DNA of 64,000 nucleotides from an uncultured virus (IMG/VR IMGVR_UViG_3300016457_000183) (lineage: Duplodnaviria; Heunggongvirae; Uroviricota; Caudoviricetes), in the IMG/VR virus record IMGVR_UViG_3300016457_000183. The stretch is one strand, 5' to 3'. The position numbers were made by a program, and so were the translations under genes. Within the stretch, counting starts at the first letter, position 1. Every line of letters begins with the position of its first letter. This document shows positions 37,878 to 45,648 of the stretch, in pieces. The notes beneath the pieces were generated by a model. That model saw nothing but the letters and a program-made list of their open reading frames with translations, did no database searches and was not told the DNA's origin.

Positions 37878-38692
37878 TGGCACAACTCCTTGCAAATTAC
37901 GGAATCCTTCTGTGAAAGAAACTGCACGATCTTCGAAAAAAGGGTTGAAGGGCGCTCACGTACATAATCCGGCGAGAGATAAAAGTTGTTTCGACGAAGC
38001 GTGGTACCCCATAAATGCACAGAGAATACCTCTCGCGTAAACAAATCCTCAACCTCTCCAGAGAAAGGAGAAAACAGTTTCTTCCATTCCTGCCAACTAA
38101 TGTAGTAATGATGATTCCTATTCCAATCAACTAGGAAGTACTCTTCTAGTTCAGTAAACCATTGAGACCCTACTAAATTAAAAGTATTGGGCTGCCACCG
38201 GTTAGTAAAATTCTTATACATAAACTCCAAAGCCTTGTGCCCTTTCTCCGTAAAAAGAATACCGTTGCTTAAATGAGAGCCGTCTTCAGAAGAAATATAG
38301 GAAGAACCAGTTACAAGGGGTTGAAATGGACGAAGAGCCAGCGTATCTGTATCGCAATAAAAACCCCCAAACCGGTACAATGCGTAAATTCGAAAAAAAT
38401 CGGCTTTATTAACTACCTCATAACGACCGTGCAAACTCGAATAAATAGAAAATGCCTCTTTCTCAAAGAACTCTTGAGGAGTTACAACTTGGGTTACCTC
38501 CGGGAAATAAGTTTCTCGAACGAACTCAAACGGCATGTCTACCTCAGAAACATCCAAACACATAATTACTTCATCAAATCCAGCCACTGCACATAAAGAA
38601 GACACACTTACAGTAACATATAAAGGTACATCACCTCTTACCAACCAAAATAGATAACAAGTCTTAGATAGGTTTAACAATGAATCCATCAA
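37874..38692 (-). CDS. DXD-motif glycosyltransferase (GT32/OCH1-like)
   Basis: KADFFRIYALYRFGGFYCDTD...SNG...SVHLW. Confidence 0.85.
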   Translation of the reverse strand: MMDSLLNLSKTCYLFWLVRGDVPLYVTVSVSSLCAVAGFDEVIMCLDVSEVDMPFEFVRETYFPEVTQVVTPQEFFEKEAFSIYSSLHGRYEVVNKADFFRIYALYRFGGFYCDTDTLALRPFQPLVTGSSYISSEDGSHLSNGILFTEKGHKALEFMYKNFTNRWQPNTFNLVGSQWFTELEEYFLVDWNRNHHYYISWQEWKKLFSPFSGEVEDLFTREVFSVHLWGTTLRRNNFYLSPDYVRERPSTLFSKIVQFLSQKDSVICKELCQ

Positions 38693-39443
38693 TCGACCCC
38701 CAGTTACCTTTAGAGTTTATCTCTTCCAACCACCTCTCTTTAGACCAATTTAACATGTCAAAGACTTCACTACGATTTGATGCAATTACAGGGTTGATAG
38801 GATGATACAAGTGATAGAGAGTTACAGGGAGAGGCCTCACCTTGTAACCTAGGACCTCTAACTTAGCCCAGTGAGCGTTGTCTTCACTCGTCCTTCCAAA
38901 GAACCTCTCGTCCATACCCTGAAAATCGAAGTAAGTATCACGATAGCACACAAAGGCTCCTCCGGCAGCACCTGCCTTAGAAGGGCGACAAGCCCGAGAC
39001 GGAGACGTAATTTCTACTTCATACCTTGGGAGCGAGAGTGACCGAAGAGTATCCTTTTCACTCAAGTACACAATACAGTTCCAGGCAGGACCGACATAGT
39101 CCTTGGAAGTAACCTGCTCACGTACAATACGTGAGAAGTCGGGAGGAAAGACCAAATCAGCATCAATTAGAACAACTATATCACAAGTCGAAAGATGACG
39201 AACTCCAATGTTGAAGTTCCAGGCCCTGTTGTACGGGGTCGATGTGTAAATCTTCAAGTACTTCAACTCAGTATCCTCAGCTAAAACAGGAGATAACACA
39301 TTACGAGTTAGTGCTTTAAAAGGACCAGACTCAACGATGCAAATTTGCTCGATGTCTTGGAGAGAGGAAAGACACTTAAGAAGTAAAGGAAGACGTCGCT
39401 CATGATGTTCATAACCAATTACTATAGAGATTGTCCTATCCAT
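38664..39443 (-). CDS. GT2/GT7-like glycosyltransferase
   Basis: YNRAWNFNIG...LIDADL...GMDERFFGRTSED...LYHLYHP. Confidence 0.85.
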   Translation of the reverse strand: MDRTISIVIGYEHHERRLPLLLKCLSSLQDIEQICIVESGPFKALTRNVLSPVLAEDTELKYLKIYTSTPYNRAWNFNIGVRHLSTCDIVVLIDADLVFPPDFSRIVREQVTSKDYVGPAWNCIVYLSEKDTLRSLSLPRYEVEITSPSRACRPSKAGAAGGAFVCYRDTYFDFQGMDERFFGRTSEDNAHWAKLEVLGYKVRPLPVTLYHLYHPINPVIASNRSEVFDMLNWSKERWLEEINSKGNWGSIDGFIVKPI

Positions 39444-39513
39444 CACAAACCTCACTTGCCTCTAACAAAAAAAGGAGTTAACCTCAACTAAGAACACTAA
39501 TCAAGGAGGCTCA

Positions 39514-40512
39514 ATGTTAGCGAAAAAAATAACACCAGGAAAGTTCAACGGGCGTCAACACGACTATGTAGCTTTCATCTTCAACGTGAAGAAAATTAAC
39601 ACGCGCGAACTGTTATCATTCATACGTAAAAAATACGGAGCACGGCTCGATTTCATTGTTGAACCCAAGTACGATGGTCTCTACATCCAAATTAGTAAAG
39701 AAGGTAACTCCATTAAAGCGTACAGTGACCAAGGCAATCCATTACAACTACCAAATCCAATCATAGAAGCCCTAAAGAACCTCCCCTGTAACAACCTTGT
39801 CGCAGAGGGCGAACTGGAAACTTACGTAAACAAAAAGCACCAACCACGAGGAATTACCATTGGTTTAATCCATAGGAGAAGGAAAACTCGCAACAACGTT
39901 CACGCGGTATTGACTCTTTTCGATTGTCTCTACATAGACAATAAAGATATCTCTCATCAAACAACACTGGAGCGCCTAGAAGAACTCAAGGCACTTCCCA
40001 TCCCCTCAGAACTAACTCCTATAGATACACCCCTAAACAGGGTCCCTTACGAGCGAGCAAGGTCTCTCTCAGAGGTCGACAAGAACGTCCGCAAGTTCTG
40101 TAAAATCAGACACTTTGAAGGAGCAATACTCAAACCAACTAAACAAGATGCACATAATTTAACATTCATCAAGTTTAAACGGTATATAGAATTCGCGCTC
40201 AAAGTTATTAACAGGATCCCCACAAAGACAAAAGGTGTCTATAACTACGACCTAGGAGCTGCAAACGAGAAAGGAGATCTCGAACTAGTAGGAAGAAGTC
40301 ACAACTCCGAACTTTACTTGAACAAGGGCGACGTAGTAGCAGTAGCTTGTTACAACGTAAGTGTTTACATAGACAACGAGGGAAAGAGGGTAAGAGTACG
40401 TCTTTACAGCTCAACAATACAAAACAAAACCACAGCTCCAGTTAACACCATCAGAACTATCCTACAAACAGCAAAAAGCTACAACATGCTCGAGGTACAT
40501 AAAATTACTTAA
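39514..40512 (+). CDS. ATP-dependent DNA ligase
   Basis: VEPKYDG (motif I), EGEL, LFDCLY, EGAILK, FIKFK, C-terminal OB-fold-like region. Confidence 0.85.
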   Translation: MLAKKITPGKFNGRQHDYVAFIFNVKKINTRELLSFIRKKYGARLDFIVEPKYDGLYIQISKEGNSIKAYSDQGNPLQLPNPIIEALKNLPCNNLVAEGELETYVNKKHQPRGITIGLIHRRRKTRNNVHAVLTLFDCLYIDNKDISHQTTLERLEELKALPIPSELTPIDTPLNRVPYERARSLSEVDKNVRKFCKIRHFEGAILKPTKQDAHNLTFIKFKRYIEFALKVINRIPTKTKGVYNYDLGAANEKGDLELVGRSHNSELYLNKGDVVAVACYNVSVYIDNEGKRVRVRLYSSTIQNKTTAPVNTIRTILQTAKSYNMLEVHKIT

Positions 40513-40771
40513 GACTAGACACCTCAAAGACAGTCTTAAGATCCAACCGAGCTCCTAAGCACCGAACAAGATGTCTCATCGCAGACACCGTGCTTCCTTT
40601 CTTCCCAATTAGAAACGAGAGCGTCTTAGGAGAGTCAGCTTTAACCGTAAACAACACAATTGAATCCCCTTTGTAAGTCTCAACGGTTACAGTATCCGGG
40701 TCGTCCACCAAAGCCTTAACCAGTTGAGTGACAAGTTCGGTTAACTCTTTCACTTTATCAGTATTACTCAT
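40505..40771 (-). CDS. KH-domain RNA-binding protein (KhpA-like)
   Basis: LVKALVDDPDTV...LIGKKGSTVSAMR. Confidence 0.85.
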   Translation of the reverse strand: MSNTDKVKELTELVTQLVKALVDDPDTVTVETYKGDSIVLFTVKADSPKTLSFLIGKKGSTVSAMRHLVRCLGARLDLKTVFEVSSLK

Positions 40772-40818
40772 AACCTACCTCCTTAAAACTAAACTGAACT
40801 GAACATTCAACAAGAGAA

Positions 40819-40847
40819 AATTTACCCTCACAAATGGCCAAAGTCAA
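40819..40847 (-). promoter_or_regulatory. Putative sigma70-type promoter (TTGACT-17-TAAATT) for the KH gene
   Basis: Near-consensus hexamers with 17-bp spacing upstream of AAGGAGG-ATG. Confidence 0.55.
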
Positions 40848-41827
40848 GTGACTTTTTCACGCGCAGTAGTAAGACGTGTACATACAACCTGAGCCAACTT
40901 CCGCGCTAGCTCCATAGCAGCTTGAGCATTGGGTAAAACCGCAGCGGCAACACGAACATGACCTCCCGAATCACCGTCGTAAACATCACGAAGAATCTCG
41001 TGTAAAGGTATTACACAATCAAACTCCTTCCACGGGTTATAAGAGACCGACAGGCTGACTGCAGGTGAATCCCAAGGAGGAATACTACGAATGTGTATTA
41101 AAAAGTCTAAATTCGGTTGAACCAAGAAAGCGGCATACCGAGAGGAAAACTTATAACCAACAAAGGAACATATCCCTACTAAGACGTCTTTGTCTTCATA
41201 AAGGACCAAATTCTTTTGTAAGAAATCTATAGACCTCTCTTGCTTCCAAGTATACCGTCGATAAGCATCGTCTACTTTCGGATGGGAGAGTATCTGGTCG
41301 GGAGGAACTTGACATATCATTTTCAGCAACTCGGCTCTGAAAACATCATCGTTGAACGTTTGAGACATAGCAACAGCAACTCTTAACGGCGGGTCCTTCA
41401 TTAAGACGGCTTGTTCAGCAGATTCGTAGCGAGCACTATCAACCATATCAGCCCAAGGTACTAGAGACTCCAACAGAGGGTTCAACTTAGCTAAAGGTTC
41501 AAGAACTCTAGCACAGGAAGGGGCGTCGGAGTCATAAAAGCAAACTCCCCGAGTTATTTCGGAAGAGTCTGGAACAAACCTTTCCTGGTGATGATCAGCC
41601 CAAATAAAGAAGTCAGAAGAAGGAAGAGCACGACTATATGGAAAGTCAGTTACCACATTAACAATAGGGTCAAACCGATAGGAATCCCAAACTTCAGGAG
41701 GATAAGTCGAATACTCAACAAAAGTAATCTTATCCAAACTTAAACCAACTTCCTTACAAAAATTATATCCAATTGCACCTGACACCAAACCGTCAAAATC
41801 TCCGTGCGTGTAAATACTAAACTTCAT
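40844..41827 (-). CDS. DHH-family phosphoesterase
   Basis: HGDFDGLVS...TDF...WADHH...SGGHVRVAA. Confidence 0.85.
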   Translation of the reverse strand: MKFSIYTHGDFDGLVSGAIGYNFCKEVGLSLDKITFVEYSTYPPEVWDSYRFDPIVNVVTDFPYSRALPSSDFFIWADHHQERFVPDSSEITRGVCFYDSDAPSCARVLEPLAKLNPLLESLVPWADMVDSARYESAEQAVLMKDPPLRVAVAMSQTFNDDVFRAELLKMICQVPPDQILSHPKVDDAYRRYTWKQERSIDFLQKNLVLYEDKDVLVGICSFVGYKFSSRYAAFLVQPNLDFLIHIRSIPPWDSPAVSLSVSYNPWKEFDCVIPLHEILRDVYDGDSGGHVRVAAAVLPNAQAAMELARKLAQVVCTRLTTAREKVT

Positions 41828-42176
41828 TCGATTCTCCTTTCTGTTCAAACTGCTTCTTCAGCGCAAAAAGGCCCAAACAAATCAAGTCCTCATTAAGAGC
41901 AAACTTCCGTGACGTGTTCACTACCTTCTTAAACAGGTACCTAAAGAACTCATCCGCTTTATTACGTCGCGGAAAAGATAAAACTCCCTCGCTAAACATA
42001 AACCACAGTAGGGCCTTACAACAAAGATCCCAACCATCTTTTCCGCTGTCGCGGGGGCCATTTAAATCCCGATGTAAGCGGGACATCACTGCGTCCAACA
42101 AGCCATATAAATTCTCACCACTATACTCCTCATCCATGTCTAACCCAATAAGAGAAACGCGGAAATCTCCTCTCAA
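41817..42176 (-). CDS. Hypothetical protein
   Basis: In-operon ORF on the coding strand. Confidence 0.5.
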   Translation of the reverse strand: MRGDFRVSLIGLDMDEEYSGENLYGLLDAVMSRLHRDLNGPRDSGKDGWDLCCKALLWFMFSEGVLSFPRRNKADEFFRYLFKKVVNTSRKFALNEDLICLGLFALKKQFEQKGESNEV

Positions 42177-42513
42177 ACCACTTTAATTCAGTTGCTTGCC
42201 TGAACACTTCAAGGGCTTCTGTCACGGACAAGAAAGGGAGTAGAAACCCCTGTACTAAAATCCTCCGAAACCCGAAGTAGGAGTCGATTCCAACTGCAGT
42301 CAAAATGACTCCGAAGTAGAGTAAGAATTTACAACACGTCCTAAGAAGTATGTGACTATCAAACCGCCGATACTTCAAAGACAAGTACACACTTAGGACT
42401 AGTTCCACAATCACCAGACAAACCAAAATCACCATTTGACTGGCGCAATAAGGAGACAACAACACGCCGCTCATTAAGGTAAACATACCCTTAAACATGA
42501 ACTTCGACCTCAC
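42130..42513 (-). CDS. Putative holin
   Basis: 127 aa with about three hydrophobic helices; KFLLYFGVIL...D...TEALEV pattern. Confidence 0.6.
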   Translation of the reverse strand: MRSKFMFKGMFTLMSGVLLSPYCASQMVILVCLVIVELVLSVYLSLKYRRFDSHILLRTCCKFLLYFGVILTAVGIDSYFGFRRILVQGFLLPFLSVTEALEVFRQATELKWFERRFPRFSYWVRHG

Positions 42514-43196
42514 TTTCCCGCAACTCCATTAAAAAGAACTAAGTGTTCACGGGTACCAAACCTAAACCCGTACTTCATGCAAAACTCAAAACACGCGAGA
42601 CCTTGTTCTACGTAAGAATCCCTAGTTCGAGACTCAGGCATTACGTAAATATCTTCTTCCGAAGCAATTCCGAGCTGGGAAGCGCACTTGAACACAAACT
42701 GCGCAAAAGTGTAATCATCAACCTTCTTATTATACACAACCTTAAGTATCTTTTTAAACCCTCGAAAAGACGTTAAGTTAAGATAGGATGAAGTGTGTAA
42801 CTTCGGACTAACTGAAAAAAGAGTATCAAACTTCGCCCATTCCCTACTAGGAGGAATGGTCCCGTTAGTCTCAACGTTTAACTTTGGCAATAACTCTGAA
42901 GGAACTCTGGACAGGTATTGCACCAATTCCCGTTGTTGAAGTAACGGCTCTCCACCCGTAATCACAAGAAGTGGCAGTCTCTTACTCTTCAATAATCGCA
43001 GAAAATCTCCTTCTGCACACAGTGAAGGCGAAGTTTTTATGGGAATAGCATAACTCGTATCACACATCCGACAAGGGCCACACGGCAGATTAACAAGATT
43101 GCAGCCTTGTAGGCGCACAAAATGGGCAGGGACTCCAACATAAGGACCTTCACCCTGGATGCTCTCAAAAACCTCACTTACTCGCAGCATAAGCAC
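42510..43196 (-). CDS. queE: 7-carboxy-7-deazaguanine synthase (radical SAM)
   Basis: EVFESIQGEG...FVRLQGCN...CRMCDT...ITGGEPLLQ...VETNGT...SVSPK. Confidence 0.92.
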   Translation of the reverse strand: MLMLRVSEVFESIQGEGPYVGVPAHFVRLQGCNLVNLPCGPCRMCDTSYAIPIKTSPSLCAEGDFLRLLKSKRLPLLVITGGEPLLQQRELVQYLSRVPSELLPKLNVETNGTIPPSREWAKFDTLFSVSPKLHTSSYLNLTSFRGFKKILKVVYNKKVDDYTFAQFVFKCASQLGIASEEDIYVMPESRTRDSYVEQGLACFEFCMKYGFRFGTREHLVLFNGVAGK

Positions 43197-43617
43197 CTCC
43201 TAAAACCACATGAGAGGCAAAGTTAGTAAACTCACACAAGAAATATCCGTTGATGAACAAATATGGTTGAACGCGTGTTTGCAAGTTATCTATCGGAGTG
43301 ATTAAGAAAATGTTACTCCCCTCTTTACGGGTCAGTATGTAAAAAGCATCACCACCAGAGAGCTGATGACACTCTTGAATGAATTCGCGCAGCTCTGGGG
43401 TAAACCCCCTCTTGAGTAATTGGTTCAGAGAGAGCTTGAGGTAACGACAAAACAGCAGCCCCGGGCGAACTAAAGGAACGTCAAAATACCTCTCATCCCC
43501 AAGTAAATACCCTTTCAACGAGTAATAATCAGTACTCCGAACTAGCGTCGGATGAAGTATCTGAAGAACTCTCTTCTCCAGGTAAAGCTGTCTGGACTCC
43601 GTCTTCGTGGGAAACAT
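43174..43617 (-). CDS. Hypothetical protein, possibly a degenerate Holliday-junction-resolvase-like fold
   Basis: Position after recA and weak overall pattern; no clear PD-(D/E)xK. Confidence 0.3.
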   Translation of the reverse strand: MFPTKTESRQLYLEKRVLQILHPTLVRSTDYYSLKGYLLGDERYFDVPLVRPGLLFCRYLKLSLNQLLKRGFTPELREFIQECHQLSGGDAFYILTRKEGSNIFLITPIDNLQTRVQPYLFINGYFLCEFTNFASHVVLGGAYAASK

Positions 43618-44656
43618 CGCCCTTCCTCCACTTAGGTGAAAGCAGAACTTGATTGGTTCGAAGATTACGAAGTTGAAGAACCGTGTTAGCAAGAGGCCCG
43701 TAGTAGGTCTCTACCACCAACTTCTCAATCTCTGAAAAAATCTCAACCGGAGGTGTACCTTGAAATTTTTCACCTTTGAACTCTTTCCAACCACCTCCAC
43801 CCAAATCCTTGAGAATACCCGTCTCCTTCGCGAACCAAGTAACAAACTCGGTATCGTCAAAACCAGAGTCAAAATAATAGGTGACCGGAGCGGTCAAGTA
43901 GGGACGGTAAATCTTATTCTTAACCGCCGTCACAGACAGTTTCATTCCTACTACCTCATTTTTCCTCTCAGGATGAGGAATTAAACTTACTCGCTTCAAT
44001 TGTAGTTGAAGGCAACTGTGAAAATCAAACGCGTGACCACCAATCTTCGAAACTCCACTAGCACCCCAAATACTGATCTTTTCCTTTTGCTGATTGGTTG
44101 CAACAAACAAAATATTCAAATCTTCCAAAGCGGTCGTTAGTTGACGAAGTCCTTTCGAAAGGAGCCGTGCGTGAAGGCCTGCGGCCTTATCTGAAAGATC
44201 ATCGTCTATTTCCTCAAGGACAGGAGTGGCTGCGATAGAATCCCACGCAAATATACGTGGTGGGGGTGCGGGGTGCTTTTTGAAAAGAGTACAAAGAGTC
44301 TTAAATGTCTCAACGGCTTCTTGGACGTGTTCAGGGTTCACAACGAGCAGTTTCTCTGGAGAGACGCAGAAGAGCCTCGCCCAATCATTAGTGTAAGCGT
44401 GCTCTGTATCAGCGAGGACAGCGGTCCCTTCTAGTACATGGGCAGAGCCAAGAAGTGCTGCTACAATAGCAGATTTCCCTACTGACTCAAGACCAAAAAT
44501 CTCTACAACTCTACCTAAAGGGAATCCAGGAGCTCCTGTTACATAATCAAGGGGTAACACCCCTGAAGGAAGATAACCTCGTTCGTCTTGAGAAATTGTA
44601 TCTAGAGTAGAAGTCGCACACTTGAGTGACTTTCTAGCAGCTTCTAACCATTCCAT
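43529..44656 (-). CDS. recA: RecA/UvsX-like recombinase
   Basis: GFPLGRVVEIFGLESVGKS, ADTEHA, WDSIAA, ARLLSKGLRQL, ATNQ, VKNK. Confidence 0.93.
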   Translation of the reverse strand: MEWLEAARKSLKCATSTLDTISQDERGYLPSGVLPLDYVTGAPGFPLGRVVEIFGLESVGKSAIVAALLGSAHVLEGTAVLADTEHAYTNDWARLFCVSPEKLLVVNPEHVQEAVETFKTLCTLFKKHPAPPPRIFAWDSIAATPVLEEIDDDLSDKAAGLHARLLSKGLRQLTTALEDLNILFVATNQQKEKISIWGASGVSKIGGHAFDFHSCLQLQLKRVSLIPHPERKNEVVGMKLSVTAVKNKIYRPYLTAPVTYYFDSGFDDTEFVTWFAKETGILKDLGGGGWKEFKGEKFQGTPPVEIFSEIEKLVVETYYGPLANTVLQLRNLRTNQVLLSPKWRKGDVSHEDGVQTALPGEESSSDTSSDASSEY

Positions 44657-44709
44657 CTCCTACCTCCCATTAACAGAATGGTAGGAGAGTATATTCTACT
44701 CCCCTACCA
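44657..44709 (-). promoter_or_regulatory. Hairpin with an alternative pairing that covers the recA ribosome-binding region
   Basis: CUCCUACC can pair with upstream GGUAGGGG or downstream GGUAGGAG. Confidence 0.45.
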
Positions 44710-44715
44710 GTGACT

Positions 44716-45579
44716 CTATTTATTCATCAACTTATTGAGCAAAGCTTGCATTTTCTGAGGATCAAATTGCTGGCCCGAAGAACTCTTATCAGAAGATGGT
44801 GTCTCTACTGCAGGGCTAGCCTGAGCTGGTTGATCAGGCGGAGGTGATTGAGGGGGAGCGCTAGGCGCTGGCTGCGGATTAGGAGTAGATGACTGAGTAG
44901 AAGGTGTAACCGGCTGTTGACTACCCGGGGTTCCTTCCCACGGAGGAGTAGAACCAGGCGTAGGGAGACTTTGACCAACAGAAGCCGGAGTCAGTCTCAC
45001 ATTCTCGTTTTGAAGTAACTCAGCTATCTCCTCAAACGGTATCTCCTCAAAGATCGTGCTCAGGTCCTTAAGGCCAGACAAGAAGGTCGGGTCAACCGGA
45101 GTTGGTTCAGGATCCGGATACACTTGGTATTTAGTATCCTTAGCCCCAGTGCCTTCACGAACTATGGTGATATTTCTTCCCTGATTCACATCAGTTAGGT
45201 CACCCCACTTAGGATCTAGAAAGTACTGATTCAGCGAACGCCATACTGTAACAGGCATACTCCACACTTGAACACCTGCTGAAGGGTTCTCTAAGTCAAT
45301 CATGTTCACGAGGAACTTGTTCATTGTTTGAACCTTATCCTTCAGTACCATCGCAAAGGCCGAGTCTTGCAACATTGAACATACAATACAACCATCTCCT
45401 GTACAAAGGACATATCTACTACTCACCCAATGTAATCGAACGGCGTAGTAGTACACTGGAATGTCCTCACGGTAGGGCGGTAAAATCCTAATATAATTCT
45501 TCCCTGTTTTAGGTTTCCAAAAATTCCCAGAGCTAAACTTAGCAAGATCATTCTTAATTTTAGCGAGATCAACTGGCAT
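44716..45579 (-). CDS. Single-stranded DNA-binding protein (gp32-like)
   Basis: FWKPKTGKNYIRILPP...H...C...C..C...DLTDVNQGRNITIVREGTG..TKY; Pro/Ser/Gln-rich tail. Confidence 0.8.
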   Translation of the reverse strand: MPVDLAKIKNDLAKFSSGNFWKPKTGKNYIRILPPYREDIPVYYYAVRLHWVSSRYVLCTGDGCIVCSMLQDSAFAMVLKDKVQTMNKFLVNMIDLENPSAGVQVWSMPVTVWRSLNQYFLDPKWGDLTDVNQGRNITIVREGTGAKDTKYQVYPDPEPTPVDPTFLSGLKDLSTIFEEIPFEEIAELLQNENVRLTPASVGQSLPTPGSTPPWEGTPGSQQPVTPSTQSSTPNPQPAPSAPPQSPPPDQPAQASPAVETPSSDKSSSGQQFDPQKMQALLNKLMNK

Positions 45580-45648
45580 AACAAACCTCCTTTTGTAAAA
45601 AAATTAACATCGACCATCTATTGTACTTCTTCTAGGAAAAAGCCTAAA

